Shown here: positions 46,405 to 59,678 of the stretch, in pieces
How the letters are laid out: every line of letters begins with the position of its first letter
Numbering within the stretch: position 1 is the stretch's first letter
NCBI GenBank assembly: GCA_964571845.1
Contig: CAZNDM010000062.1
Span: 18,258 to 82,257, forward strand
DNA from: an uncultured bacterium
GTDB taxonomy: Bacteria > Hydrothermota > Hydrothermia > B15-G9 > WFZT01
Length of the DNA: 64,000 nt
Reading direction: 5' to 3'
Notes under the pieces: generated by a model
The model's database searches: none
The model's input: the letters and a program-made list of their open reading frames with translations, nothing else
What the model was told of the DNA's origin: nothing
Made by a program: the position numbers and the translations under genes

Positions 46405-47428
46405 ATGCAGATTTCCCGAATATTTCTCCATAACTTCAGGAATTACGAACGACGGACTTTTGAGTTTGACCCCGGAATTAATGTTATTGTCGGACCTAAC
46501 GGTATAGGGAAGACGAATCTTCTTGAGAGTATCGCATATCTTTCAATGCCCAGGTCATTCAGGGGTGTCAGAGATCAGGAGCTCATTAAATGGGGGAAAA
46601 ATGGTTTCGATCTCAAGGGAGTCGTAGAGACCTCCTATTCGTCACATCTTCTTGAAGTACACTATCACGGTGGCAGGAAAAATTATTTGATCGACGGTAA
46701 GAAGATAGAAACTTTTGCAGATATTTTTAAAATCTTCGTAACACTTGTTGTGACAGCCAAGGATCAGGAGATAATTGACGGACCTCCGGAGGAAAGGAGG
46801 AGAAACATTGATTATTTTGGTAGTTTCTACGATCCTGCCTATTACCAACTGCTCCTCGATTACAGACGGGCATTAAAGGAGAAAAATGCACTTTTAAAAA
46901 AGAATCCACCAATGGAGCATGTTATCCCGTGGAATTTAAAGTTGTATGAGCTCGCAGAGGAGATCGTATCTTCGAGGGAGAGATTTATCAAAATGATTGA
47001 AAACATTTTGAACATAAAGATCGTGGAGCTTGGTCTCAACGGGAAGATAGAGTTTATTTACGAGCCATCAATTGAAGGGCTTAAGGAGTATTCAAGGGAA
47101 CTCTTTGAAGAGGAGAAGAGGGCCGGGCACTCACTGGCTGGTCCTCATAGGGATAGGATAAATCTAAACTTTATGGGGTACCCAGTGAATGTGTCAGCGT
47201 CTGAAGGCCAAAAAAGGCTCATCCTCCTGGGACTTTTCCTGACGGAGAGAGAGATTCTGGGAGACAGGATAGGAGAACTACCGGTATTGATACTCGATGA
47301 GCCTTTGAGCGTGCTGGGTGAAGACAAAATCTCCATGCTCATATCCAGTTTGAGTGGTCAGGTCTTCATTTCATCGGTAAGGTATCTGGAAGGATTCAAG
47401 GCTATTGAGCCGGGAGTGGTAGAAATTT

Positions 47429-47442
<14 letters not shown>
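46405..47442 (+). CDS. recF: DNA replication and repair protein RecF
   Basis: MQISRIFLHNFRNYE...GINVIVGPNGIGKTNLLESIAYL is the Walker A motif. The SMC-like signature and Walker B ...LPVLILDEP follow. Confidence 0.85.
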
Positions 47443-50825
<3,383 letters not shown>

Positions 50826-50845
<20 letters not shown>

Positions 50846-51320
50846 AAAGCTCATTCCATTAATTGCCCTGATTGCTGGTGCTTGCACATATTCCTTCTCA
50901 GGCTACTTCCCCTCTCATTTGAAAAAAGTTTCCATTCATGTGTTTCAAAACAAAACCATGATGTACGGACTTGAGGGGACTGTAACTGAATACTTTATTG
51001 ATAAAATCAGGGAGGATGGAAGATTCACCATTGTTCCCGATAACGAGGCAGGGATGATCATTGATGGGAGTGTTGTTGGTTACAAAAAGGCGCCTTTCAG
51101 GTATGATGACCAGGGGAACATTCAGAGCTACAGAATTGAGCTCAGACTCGAGCTTGAATTTTTTGATAAGGTGGAGAACAAACCCTTTCTGCCAAAGGCA
51201 GTTTATAGTGGTAACGGCACTTATGATGTAGCCACAGAAACCGAGGAAGACGGGATAGAGAGGGCTGTTGACGACATTTTCTCAACGGTAATTCACAAAC
51301 TCTTTCAGGTGGCTTTTTGA
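50826..51320 (+). CDS. Hypothetical lipoprotein (LptE-like size/pattern, unconfirmed)
   Basis: A lipoprotein signal with lipobox (…LIALIAGAC) is present, at ~164 aa. LptE-like is a guess from size and secondary-structure pattern only. Confidence 0.3.
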
Positions 51321-52645
51321 TGAAGAGGCTCCTACTTGAAGTAGAAAAGATGATTCCTGGTGGCGATGCAATCTCTTACTACGATGGTAAGGCTGTTTTT
51401 GTGGACGGTGGTGTACCCGGTGACAGGGTGGAAGTGGAAATAATCAAGGAGAAAAAAGATTATCTCGTAGGCAAAATAAGGAAACTGCTTGAACCATCGG
51501 AAGCGAGGACAAAACCCGTCTGTCCTTACTTTCCAGAATGTGGTGGATGCCAGTGGCAGATGGTTGACTATTCCTGGCAACTTAAGTTCAAAAAAGACAT
51601 TATCCTCGATGCCTTTCGGAGAATCGGGAAAATGCAGGAAATTCCTGTTGGCGATGTAATCGGAATGGACTACCCCTGGCATTTCCGCAACAAGGCACAG
51701 TATCCGCTAAAACGAACGAAAAACAGGGTCCTGATAGGGTATTACAGAGAAGGAACTCATCACATTGTTGACATAGACTCCTGCCGGGTACAACTCAAAC
51801 AATTTGACCCTGTTTTAAAGGGTGCCAAAGAAATCCTGAAAAGAGAACCTCTGACAATTTACAACGAACTCAAACACTACGGAAAACTAAGGCATTTTGT
51901 ACTTAGAGGTTCAGAGAATACCGGTGAGACCCTCATTGTGCTCGTCGTCAAAGAAACAGCCATAGTAAAAACTTTCGCAGAAAAGCTCATGGCTCTTGAC
52001 CCTGAAAGGATTATAGGCGTGGTTGAGAATATTAATCCCAAGAGAACAAATGTGATTTACGGACCCAAGACTCGAAAGGTATTGGGTAGACCTTATTACA
52101 TGGAAAAAGTGCTCGGTAAATCTTTCCGTGTCTCCGCCCTTTCTTTCTTTCAGGTTAATGTCAAACAGGTTACAAAACTCCTTGAATTTATGAGGTCGAA
52201 GATCGGAGACAACTATAATCTCGTAATTGATGCCTACGCAGGTGTCGGTTTGTTTGCCCTGAATGTTGCCGATAGAGCAAGAGTGGTTATCGGTATAGAG
52301 GAAAGCACATCCTCTGTTAAAGATGCTCATGAAAACATTGGGATAAACAACCAGTTTAATGTTGAGTATTACGAAGGAAAAGTGGAAAACATCCTTCCTA
52401 CATTGAAAAAACCCGATCTTCTGCTACTTGATCCCCCGAGAAAGGGACTGGAAAAGGAGGTGATTGATTTTATTATCGAAAAAAGACCTCCGGAGATAAT
52501 CTATGTCTCCTGTAATCCCGTAACACTTGCAAGGGACTTAAAGATTCTCATAGAAAAATACGAAATAGAACTCATCCAGCCTTATGACTTTTTCCCTCAT
52601 ACCCATCATGTGGAAAGCCTCGTGATACTGAAGTCAAAAGCCTGA
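51317..52645 (+). CDS. rlmD: 23S rRNA (uracil-5)-methyltransferase RlmD/RumA family
   Basis: A TRAM domain is followed by the 4Fe-4S Cys cluster CPYFPECGGCQWQ. The SAM-MTase motif DAYAGVGLF, LLLDPPRKG and a catalytic Cys near the C-terminus are present. Confidence 0.85.
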   Translation: MMKRLLLEVEKMIPGGDAISYYDGKAVFVDGGVPGDRVEVEIIKEKKDYLVGKIRKLLEPSEARTKPVCPYFPECGGCQWQMVDYSWQLKFKKDIILDAFRRIGKMQEIPVGDVIGMDYPWHFRNKAQYPLKRTKNRVLIGYYREGTHHIVDIDSCRVQLKQFDPVLKGAKEILKREPLTIYNELKHYGKLRHFVLRGSENTGETLIVLVVKETAIVKTFAEKLMALDPERIIGVVENINPKRTNVIYGPKTRKVLGRPYYMEKVLGKSFRVSALSFFQVNVKQVTKLLEFMRSKIGDNYNLVIDAYAGVGLFALNVADRARVVIGIEESTSSVKDAHENIGINNQFNVEYYEGKVENILPTLKKPDLLLLDPPRKGLEKEVIDFIIEKRPPEIIYVSCNPVTLARDLKILIEKYEIELIQPYDFFPHTHHVESLVILKSKA

Positions 52646-52744
52646 CACAAACTTCCCCGATCTTGCTTTTCCACTGAAAAGTACCATTTTTGATCTTTAA
52701 TGACGAAAGTATAAGTGATTGAGAGCCTCCTTTTATCCTAAACC

Positions 52745-53165
52745 CGCGATGGTGTTTGAAAAACATTTCTCCGGGGTAAAAGGGATATTTAATTTTTTAA
52801 CTTTCTCCCCCCGGGCGTTCGGTACTGAAGGGACACTCATCGTACTCTTTTCCACAGGATACATCAACCCTGTGTGGGAGACACTCATCAATCTTCTCCC
52901 CACTTTGTGGGGAGGATTGACTGGAAGAGAAGTAAGTGGTCTTTTTGCCCTCCCCTCAATCCTCCCGCAATGCGGGAGGGGAGTTGTGGGTACTCCCGCA
53001 GAGCGGGAGATTGTAGGTGAAATCTCACAAACGGGCGGGAAGGTTGCAGGTGGATTTTCACAAATGGGGGGAGGTTGTGGGTCGATCTTCTCGCAAGCAT
53101 AAGGGAGAAAAAGAGAGTTTTTTCCGCAAAGTAAAGTGAAGTATCTACTGGCAAAATATTTTCGG
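52745..53165 (-). repeat. Copy C of the composite intergenic repeat family, inverted orientation
   Basis: The reverse complement matches copy B almost end to end (…CTTTGCGGAAAAAACTCTCTTTTTCTCCCTTATGCTTGCG / CCACCCACAACCTCCCCCCATTTGTGAAAAT… / …AAGGGGAGGGCAAAAAGACCAC…AGTTAAAAAATTAAATATCCCTTTTACCCC…TTTTTCAAACACC). The internal tandem units lie at 52961-53085. Confidence 0.6.
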
Positions 53166-53244
53166 ACATCCTCTTCTCTGACACTTGGCAATTGTAATGA
53201 AACCAAATATAATAAAGTGTTCATTATTTTAGAAGGAGGATGTC

Positions 53245-54426
53245 ATGGATATTTTCCAGAAATGTGCCAACTTCGTGGAGGCAGACAAGGTTAAAGAGGA
53301 AGGGCTTTATCCATACTTCAGACCAATAGCCTCAGCTGAGGACACTGAGGTGATCATCGAGGGCAAAAAAGTCCTGATGTTCGGGTCTAACAATTACCTT
53401 GGCCTGACAGTCCATCCAAAGGTTAAAGAAGCAGCCATCAAGGCAATAGAAAAGTATGGTACGGGAACATGTGGATCACGATTTCTCAACGGCACTCTTG
53501 AAATACATCTGGAGCTTGAAAGAAAGCTTGCCCGGTTTATGAAAAAAGAGCGTGCACTCGTATTTTCTACAGGTTATCAAACAAACCTTGGCACAATATC
53601 AGCCCTCGCCGGAAAAGATGATGTTGTCATCACTGATAAATGGGACCATGCGAGTATCATAGACGGTACAAGACTGTCTCTCGGTGAAATAAGAAGGTTT
53701 AAACACAACGACATGGCTGATCTCGAACGGGTTTTGAAGTCTATACCAGACAATAAGGGAAAACTTATTGTCGTTGATGGTTTATTCAGCATGGAAGGAG
53801 ATATTGCTGATCTTCCCGGTATTGTAGAACTTGCCAAGAAATATGGTGCAAGACTTATGGTGGATGATGCCCATGCGATCGGTGTACTTGGTCCAAATGG
53901 TCGAGGAACAGCCGAGCACTACGGCCTTGAAGATGAAGTGGATCTCGTCATGGGTACATTTAGCAAGTCCTTTGCCTCTCTCGGTGGATTTATTGCAGGA
54001 AAAGAATATGTTGTTAATTTCATCCAGCATTTTGCGAGATCCCTGATCTTCTCTGCAAGTATGCCACCTGCAAATGTGGCAGCCGTCTCTGCCGCTCTTG
54101 ATATTATTATCAACGAGCCAGAAAGGAGACAGAGACTCTGGGACAACACAAAAAGAATGCTCGAAGGACTTAGGGGAATGGGTTATGACACCGGCTTATC
54201 AGAAACCCCTGTTATTCCTGTAATCATCGGAGATGACATGAAAACATTCATGTTCTGGAGGGCTCTGCTGGACAACGGTGTTTATGTAAATCCTGTAATT
54301 TCCCCAGCAGTTCCCCCGGGAAGACAGCTTCTCAGAATCAGCATGATGGCCACACACACTGATGAACAGATCGATCGGGCACTTGAAATTTTTGAAAAGC
54401 TCGGCAAAAAATTTGGAATAATATAA
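53245..54426 (+). CDS. Alpha-oxoamine synthase family PLP enzyme, serine palmitoyltransferase-like (second paralog besides kbl)
   Basis: FGSNNYLGL...[25 protein letters not shown] resembles SPT (GSRxLNGT...H.ELE) more than BioF or Kbl. The PLP-Lys region is [12 protein letters not shown]. The protein is 393 aa and is not adjacent to bio genes. Confidence 0.65.
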   Translation: MDIFQKCANFVEADKVKEEGLYPYFRPIASAEDTEVIIEGKKVLMFGSNNYLGLTVHPKVKEAAIKAIEKYGTGTCGSRFLNGTLEIHLELERKLARFMKKERALVFSTGYQTNLGTISALAGKDDVVITDKWDHASIIDGTRLSLGEIRRFKHNDMADLERVLKSIPDNKGKLIVVDGLFSMEGDIADLPGIVELAKKYGARLMVDDAHAIGVLGPNGRGTAEHYGLEDEVDLVMGTFSKSFASLGGFIAGKEYVVNFIQHFARSLIFSASMPPANVAAVSAALDIIINEPERRQRLWDNTKRMLEGLRGMGYDTGLSETPVIPVIIGDDMKTFMFWRALLDNGVYVNPVISPAVPPGRQLLRISMMATHTDEQIDRALEIFEKLGKKFGII

Positions 54427-54438
54427 AGGAGGACCGAT

Positions 54439-54960
54439 ATGGCAACCAAAGACGATGTTATTAAGGCTTACGAATTCGCAATAGAACTTGAGAAAGAAAG
54501 CCTTAAAAGCTATCTTGATCTTGCAAAAAGAACCCATGACATGACCGGAAAAAACATGTTTATCTGGCTCGCAAGGGAAGAATTTGAACACATGAGAATC
54601 CTCGAAGCCATAAGGGACAGGGTCCTGAAGGATCTGCCCATTGGCAAAATAGAAATAGAGGAAGACGAGCTCGAAAAACTCCTACCTGATATCAAAAAAC
54701 TCGAAAAGAAAAAATCCACTGCCGCGGAAACCCATCAGATTGACGCACTCCAAGCCGCACTCGAACACGAAGCCCAATCGCGAGACTATTACAAAGAACA
54801 GGCAGATAAAACGGATGACCCTGAATTGAAGCAGCTTTTTAACAGACTTGCCGAGATGGAACAGGCCCACTATGACCTTATTCTCGCACAGCTTGACTTT
54901 ATCAAGGGAACGGGCTTCTGGTTTGGAATTCCTGAATTTGATGTAGAAGGACCTGCCTGA
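54439..54960 (+). CDS. Rubrerythrin-like / ferritin-like diiron four-helix-bundle protein (no rubredoxin domain)
   Basis: Two E-x-x-H diiron ligand motifs are present (REEFEHMRILE and EMEQAHYDL), and the protein is all-helical. It lies 12 bp after the SPT-like gene. Confidence 0.55.
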   Translation: MATKDDVIKAYEFAIELEKESLKSYLDLAKRTHDMTGKNMFIWLAREEFEHMRILEAIRDRVLKDLPIGKIEIEEDELEKLLPDIKKLEKKKSTAAETHQIDALQAALEHEAQSRDYYKEQADKTDDPELKQLFNRLAEMEQAHYDLILAQLDFIKGTGFWFGIPEFDVEGPA

Positions 54961-54973
54961 AACCTAAAAACTT

Positions 54974-55516
54974 TTACCACCCGGGAGGGGGAGGGGTCTG
55001 AATACTTTTTTGCTTCTTGGTTTGCCAAAAATCGTAAAAAGCCAGAACCAATCCTGCAAATGCAAATAAAACACTGAGGAAGAAATCAACTCCCGGAACT
55101 TTTTTAACCTTGGCTGGTTTCATTCTTAGCTTCTTCTTTTCAAAAACCATTTTTGCAATGTTATCAACCCTTTCACCAGTGATCAAAAATATATCTGTAA
55201 AAGGAATCCTGACCACATACCCTTTCACAAGCACCGCATCTCTATCCCTGACTCTATGATTGTTTGTTAAAACAAAAACTCTATTATTCTGCATTAAAGA
55301 TAAAAATCTAACATTTGATAACGATATAAGGTCGTTAATGAATGGAATCTTTTCAAAACTCGTCTCTTTAACATTTCCAACAAGCTTTACCTTCTCCCCG
55401 GTCTTAAAATCTACATGTGAATTACCCACTTTTGTCACGCCTAATTTAGGGTATGTGTATAACGAAAATAAAATACCTACCACAAAAAGTATCAATCCCA
55501 CAATAACTTTATTCAT
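54974..55516 (-). CDS. Hypothetical membrane protein (N- and C-terminal TM helices)
   Basis: A 180-aa ORF fills an otherwise empty gap. It has hydrophobic N-terminal and C-terminal helices and a Pro-rich tail (…TPPPPGW). Confidence 0.35.
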   Translation of the reverse strand: MNKVIVGLILFVVGILFSLYTYPKLGVTKVGNSHVDFKTGEKVKLVGNVKETSFEKIPFINDLISLSNVRFLSLMQNNRVFVLTNNHRVRDRDAVLVKGYVVRIPFTDIFLITGERVDNIAKMVFEKKKLRMKPAKVKKVPGVDFFLSVLFAFAGLVLAFYDFWQTKKQKSIQTPPPPGW

Positions 55517-55794
55517 GACAACCCTCCTTCCTTTTCATATATTTTAACATTTTGATACAACAATTTAAACCTTTTCTCTGCAGAAAATCAAAACTTGTTT
55601 ATAATGCGAAACAAAAATTCCAAACACTCATACTCAAATTTACACTACACAGGCCGGAAAAATGAGCGAAACCCTGACTTCAAACACTTTATGGAATTTC
55701 TACCTTCCAGAAAATTTTCCACAGGTCCGTGAATCTGTTGACACTTGTATAAGTGTAGAATTACAATTTGCAAAATTCCATTGGGAGGAAATAA

Positions 55795-56664
55795 ATGTCT
55801 ATACTTGTAGGGAAAGATACGAGAGTGTTGGTACAGGGTATTACAGGTAGGGATGGTTCATTTCATACCAAATTAATGAAAGAATATGGCACGAATGTAG
55901 TTGCAGGTGTTACCCCGGGAAAGGGAGGAGCAACAGTCGAGGGAGTTCCGGTCTTTAACACGGTTCACGAAGCTGTGGAAAAAACAGGTGCAAACGCATC
56001 AGTTATCTTTGTTCCGGCACCTTTTGCGGCTGACGCCATCATGGAAGCAGCTGATGCCGGGATTGAACTCGTCGTCGCCATAACCGAGGGTATCCCTGTT
56101 AACGATATGCTTCGTGTTGTCAGATTCCTTGAAGAAAAAGGAACAAGGCTTATAGGACCCAACTGTCCGGGCCTCATTACTCCCGGTGAAGCCAAGCTGG
56201 GGATTCTACCCGGGCAGATTTTCAAGAGAGGTCCTGTGGGAGTGATCTCAAGAAGCGGTACACTCACATATGAAATTGTAAGCCATCTTACGGCAAACGG
56301 GCTCGGACAGTCCACCGCAATCGGTATTGGCGGAGACCCCATAATTGGATCCAAATTTATAGATCTTCTCAAACTTTTCAAGGATGATCCAGAGACAGAA
56401 GCGGTTGTTGTTATTGGAGAGATAGGCGGCACGGACGAACAGGATGCAGCTGAGTACATCAAGAGCGAGTTTAACAAGCCAGTTGTCGCTTTTATTGCTG
56501 GTCGGACAGCGCCTCCAGAGAAGAGAATGGGTCATGCTGGTGCTATAATTTCAGGCAGCTCAGGGACAGCTGAAGAGAAGATAAAGGCTTTCAACGCTGC
56601 GGGAGTACCTGTAGCCGCAGAGCCTGCAGAAGTTGCTGTACTTGTGAAAGAAAAACTATCTTAG
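55795..56664 (+). CDS. sucD: Succinyl-CoA ligase [ADP/GDP-forming] alpha subunit
   Basis: [24 protein letters not shown] is the CoA-binding Rossmann N-terminus. The phosphohistidine loop ...MGHAGAII... is present. The protein is 289 aa. Confidence 0.9.
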   Translation: MSILVGKDTRVLVQGITGRDGSFHTKLMKEYGTNVVAGVTPGKGGATVEGVPVFNTVHEAVEKTGANASVIFVPAPFAADAIMEAADAGIELVVAITEGIPVNDMLRVVRFLEEKGTRLIGPNCPGLITPGEAKLGILPGQIFKRGPVGVISRSGTLTYEIVSHLTANGLGQSTAIGIGGDPIIGSKFIDLLKLFKDDPETEAVVVIGEIGGTDEQDAAEYIKSEFNKPVVAFIAGRTAPPEKRMGHAGAIISGSSGTAEEKIKAFNAAGVPVAAEPAEVAVLVKEKLS

Positions 56665-56673
56665 GAAATTTAT

Positions 56674-56704
56674 GGGGGGCGACGCCCTTCGGGCGTCGCC
56701 CCCC
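56674..56704. terminator. GC-rich palindrome hairpin (14-bp stem) downstream of sucD
   Basis: GGGGGGCGACGCCC-TTC-GGGCGTCGCCCCCC lies 10 bp after the sucD stop. Confidence 0.55.
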
Positions 56705-56711
56705 TTCCATC

Positions 56712-57671
56712 ATGCCCCTCCATATCCCTAAATTTTTCTATAATTTCCTAAATTCCTCCATCATCGCTATCCTTCTTTCGATCTTCAGTAACAGCTGTCT
56801 AAATGAGACAGGTGAAACTCACGAGATCACATCCTGGGCGTATCAGCTACAAAATGCTGATCCCAACGAAGTGGCAACCTCCGGTTTTGACCTTGCCGTC
56901 ATAGATTACTCCCGTGATGGCACAGAGGAGGGTGAGTACTCACACGACGAAATTGCCACAATTGTTAGAGGAAATGTAACTCCGGTTGCCTACATAAGCA
57001 TAGGTGAGGCAGAAAACTACAGATTTTACTGGAATTCATCATGGGATAGCTTACCACCCCCATGGCTCGGTCCCGAAAATCCAAACTGGCAGGGCAACTT
57101 TGCAGTAAGATACTGGTATCAGGATTGGCATGAAATAATTTTCTCTTATCTTAATAGAATCCTGTCTCAGGGGTTCAAAGGCGTTTACCTTGACAAAGTT
57201 GATGAGTTTGAATTCTGGAGCGAGTTTGATACAACCATGTCAGAACAGGCTGCTGCCGATAGTATGATCAACTTTATTCTTGAAATAGCGAGGTACTGCA
57301 AATCACGAGCAGGTGAAGATTTTCTAATAATACCACAGAACGGAGAAACGCTGCTCAGATTTGATGATTCCGGTGAACTCTTGAGAGAAATTTCGGGCTG
57401 GGCAGTTGAAGATCTCTTCTACGATGGTCTCCTCCCCAATCCTCCTGAAGTCATATATGAACGTCTTCGTTACTTTAACATCGTTTTAAACTCCGGTAGA
57501 TTTGTCCTTTCAGTTGATTATGTGGATGATGGAACAGGATATCACGGTGAAAACAAAAACAGGATCGATGACTATCGTGCAAGAGCCATATCATCAAACC
57601 TGATCCCCTATGCTGCAAGATCCGACCGTGAGCTCGATGAGCTGAACATCATACCGGGTGTGCAACCCTGA
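56712..57671 (+). CDS. Putative lipoprotein glycoside hydrolase, GH114-like (endo-alpha-1,4-polygalactosaminidase / TM1410 family)
   Basis: A lipobox (…SIFSNSC) is followed by a (beta/alpha)8-type pattern. Motifs YWYQDW and GFKGVYLDKVD recur in the GH114/TM1410-like family. The assignment is by motif recollection only. Confidence 0.5.
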   Translation: MPLHIPKFFYNFLNSSIIAILLSIFSNSCLNETGETHEITSWAYQLQNADPNEVATSGFDLAVIDYSRDGTEEGEYSHDEIATIVRGNVTPVAYISIGEAENYRFYWNSSWDSLPPPWLGPENPNWQGNFAVRYWYQDWHEIIFSYLNRILSQGFKGVYLDKVDEFEFWSEFDTTMSEQAAADSMINFILEIARYCKSRAGEDFLIIPQNGETLLRFDDSGELLREISGWAVEDLFYDGLLPNPPEVIYERLRYFNIVLNSGRFVLSVDYVDDGTGYHGENKNRIDDYRARAISSNLIPYAARSDRELDELNIIPGVQP

Positions 57672-57750
57672 CACCCTGCATATTTTCCCTCATTGTTACC
57701 CATTCCCTATCTCTGTTGAAAAATTCATGTACCTGATTTAATGTAAAGGC

Positions 57751-58725
57751 ATGATCGTTGTGACAGGTGGAGCCGGGTTTATAGGAAGCGCCATTATCTG
57801 GCGGCTAAATATGGAAGATATCAGGGACATCCTTGTGGTTGATCATCTTGGCACATCTGACAAATGGAAAAATCTTTCACCCCTTTATTTCAAAGACTAC
57901 ATGGAGAAGGATGAATTCATAAAACTGATCGAAGCTGGAAAAGAAATCCCGAATCTGGATGTCATTGTCCACATGGGGGCACGGAGTGATACACTCGAAA
58001 AAGACATGAGTTTTCTTATCGAGAATAACTTTAAGTTCTCTCAAAAGCTTGCAAAGTACGCAATTTCAAGGAACATTAAATTCGTTTACGCCTCCAGCGC
58101 GGCAACTTACGGCAGTGGTAAGCTTGGTTTTGATGATAATGAGGTTCTACTGCATTCCCTTAGACCTCTCAATCCCTATGCATTTTCAAAGCATATTTTT
58201 GATCTGTGGCTTTATGAGAACGATCTTCTCAGGTACACAGTTGGACTGAAATTTTTCAATGTTTATGGTCCTAATGAGTATCACAAAGGTGAAATGCGGA
58301 GTAAGGTACTTAAAGCCTACGAGGAGATAAAAAAGACCGGCAGGATAAAACTTTTCAGGTCGTACAATCCAAAATTCAGGGATGGAGAGCAGAAGAGGGA
58401 TTTTATTTACATAAAAGATGCTGTGGAGATCGTTATGTTTCTTATAAAAAACGAGAGAGCTCATGGAATATACAATGTGGGCACCGGGAAGGCACACTCC
58501 TGGCTTGATCTTGCAAATGCGGTGTTTAAAGCACTTGAAATGGAGCCGCAAATCGAATTTATAGACATGCCGGATTGGCTGAAACCCCGGTATCAATACT
58601 TCACGCAGGCCAGTATATCAAAGTTAAGAAGACTCGGCTATCCGGGACAGTTTTACTCCTTTGAAAATGCGGTGAGGGAGTACATAAAAGAATACATAGA
58701 ACCGGGAAAACACCTCGGAGACTAA
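57751..58725 (+). CDS. hldD: ADP-L-glycero-D-manno-heptose 6-epimerase
   Basis: MIVVTGGAGFIGSAIIWRLN, VYASSAATYGSG, FNVYGPNEYHKGEMRS and RDFIYIKD align closely with HldD/RfaD signature regions. Confidence 0.85.
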   Translation: MIVVTGGAGFIGSAIIWRLNMEDIRDILVVDHLGTSDKWKNLSPLYFKDYMEKDEFIKLIEAGKEIPNLDVIVHMGARSDTLEKDMSFLIENNFKFSQKLAKYAISRNIKFVYASSAATYGSGKLGFDDNEVLLHSLRPLNPYAFSKHIFDLWLYENDLLRYTVGLKFFNVYGPNEYHKGEMRSKVLKAYEEIKKTGRIKLFRSYNPKFRDGEQKRDFIYIKDAVEIVMFLIKNERAHGIYNVGTGKAHSWLDLANAVFKALEMEPQIEFIDMPDWLKPRYQYFTQASISKLRRLGYPGQFYSFENAVREYIKEYIEPGKHLGD

Positions 58726-59678
58726 TCCAGTTCTACATACTTTCCGATTCTGACGTACTTCTCGCGTCTTGCTTCTATCAACTTTCCAGCTGGAGTTGGC
58801 AGGAGTTCCTCAACAGCTTTTAAAATCGTTGATTTTATTTTCTCCGCTGTCCAGTTGATGTCATTGTGTGCTCCCCCAAGAGGTTCTTCGATGATACCAT
58901 CAATGATTCCGAAAGAATAGAGATCCTGAGCCGTAAGTTTCAGTGCCTCAGCGGCTCTTGGCGCCTGTTTACCGTCCCTCCAGAGAATGGACGCACAACC
59001 CTCGGGTGAGATTACTGAATAAATGGTGTATTTCAGAGCAAACACCCTATCTCCAAGAGCTATTGCAAGGGCGCCACCTGATCCTCCCTCCCCGATAACC
59101 ACAGTAATGAGAGGGGTTTTGAGGGACAGCATAACTTTTAGATTTTCGGCTATAGCAAATGCCTGCCCCCTCTCCTCAGCTCCCACTCCGGGATAAGCGC
59201 CAGGCGTGTCAACAAAGGTGATAACAGGAAGACCAAATTTTTCAGCAAGCAACATCAACCGCTTTGCCTTTCTATAACCTTCAGGATGGGGCATCCCGAA
59301 ATTTCTGTAGATCTTCTCCTTCGTGTCCCTCCCTTTCTCCTGTCCGATGATCATCACCTTATGGTTCTCCAGGGTAGCAAGACCACCAATAATTGACGGA
59401 TCATCCCTGAAATTTCTGTCTCCATGCAATTCAACAAAGTCTTTAAAAATCAGGTGGATGTAATCAATGAAATGGGGTCTGTCCGGGTGTCTCGCTATCT
59501 GAACGATCTGCCATCGGGTGAGATTTCTGTAAACTTTTTCCTTTAATCTTCTCGCTCTTTCCTCAAGTTCCTTTATCTCTTTCTCGAGTTCCGGCGATTC
59601 TTTTACCTTCTCCTTGAGCTCGTTAATCTTTTTTTCAACCTCGTATATGGGTCTTTCAAAATCCAATAACCTCTTCAT
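58722..59678 (-). CDS. accA: Acetyl-CoA carboxylase carboxyltransferase alpha subunit
   Basis: MKRLLDFERPIYEVEKKINELKE... is followed by the carboxyl-transferase domain (...TFVDTPGAYPGVGAEERGQAFAIA...). The protein is 318 aa. Confidence 0.9.
   Translation of the reverse strand: MKRLLDFERPIYEVEKKINELKEKVKESPELEKEIKELEERARRLKEKVYRNLTRWQIVQIARHPDRPHFIDYIHLIFKDFVELHGDRNFRDDPSIIGGLATLENHKVMIIGQEKGRDTKEKIYRNFGMPHPEGYRKAKRLMLLAEKFGLPVITFVDTPGAYPGVGAEERGQAFAIAENLKVMLSLKTPLITVVIGEGGSGGALAIALGDRVFALKYTIYSVISPEGCASILWRDGKQAPRAAEALKLTAQDLYSFGIIDGIIEEPLGGAHNDINWTAEKIKSTILKAVEELLPTPAGKLIEARREKYVRIGKYVELD

Noticed and set aside
52733-53224. 163-aa and 70-aa proline-rich ORFs (…PPICENPPATFPPVCEISPT…) inside repeat copies C and B (41818-42030)
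   Set aside because: The similarity between them is fully explained by ~90% DNA identity of the repeat copies. The frame is not conserved in copy A, and neither ORF has an RBS or a plausible start, so both are treated as non-coding.
55662-55850. 62-aa ORF overlapping the sucD start
   Set aside because: It overlaps the strongly supported sucD N-terminus in another frame and has no RBS or conserved features.
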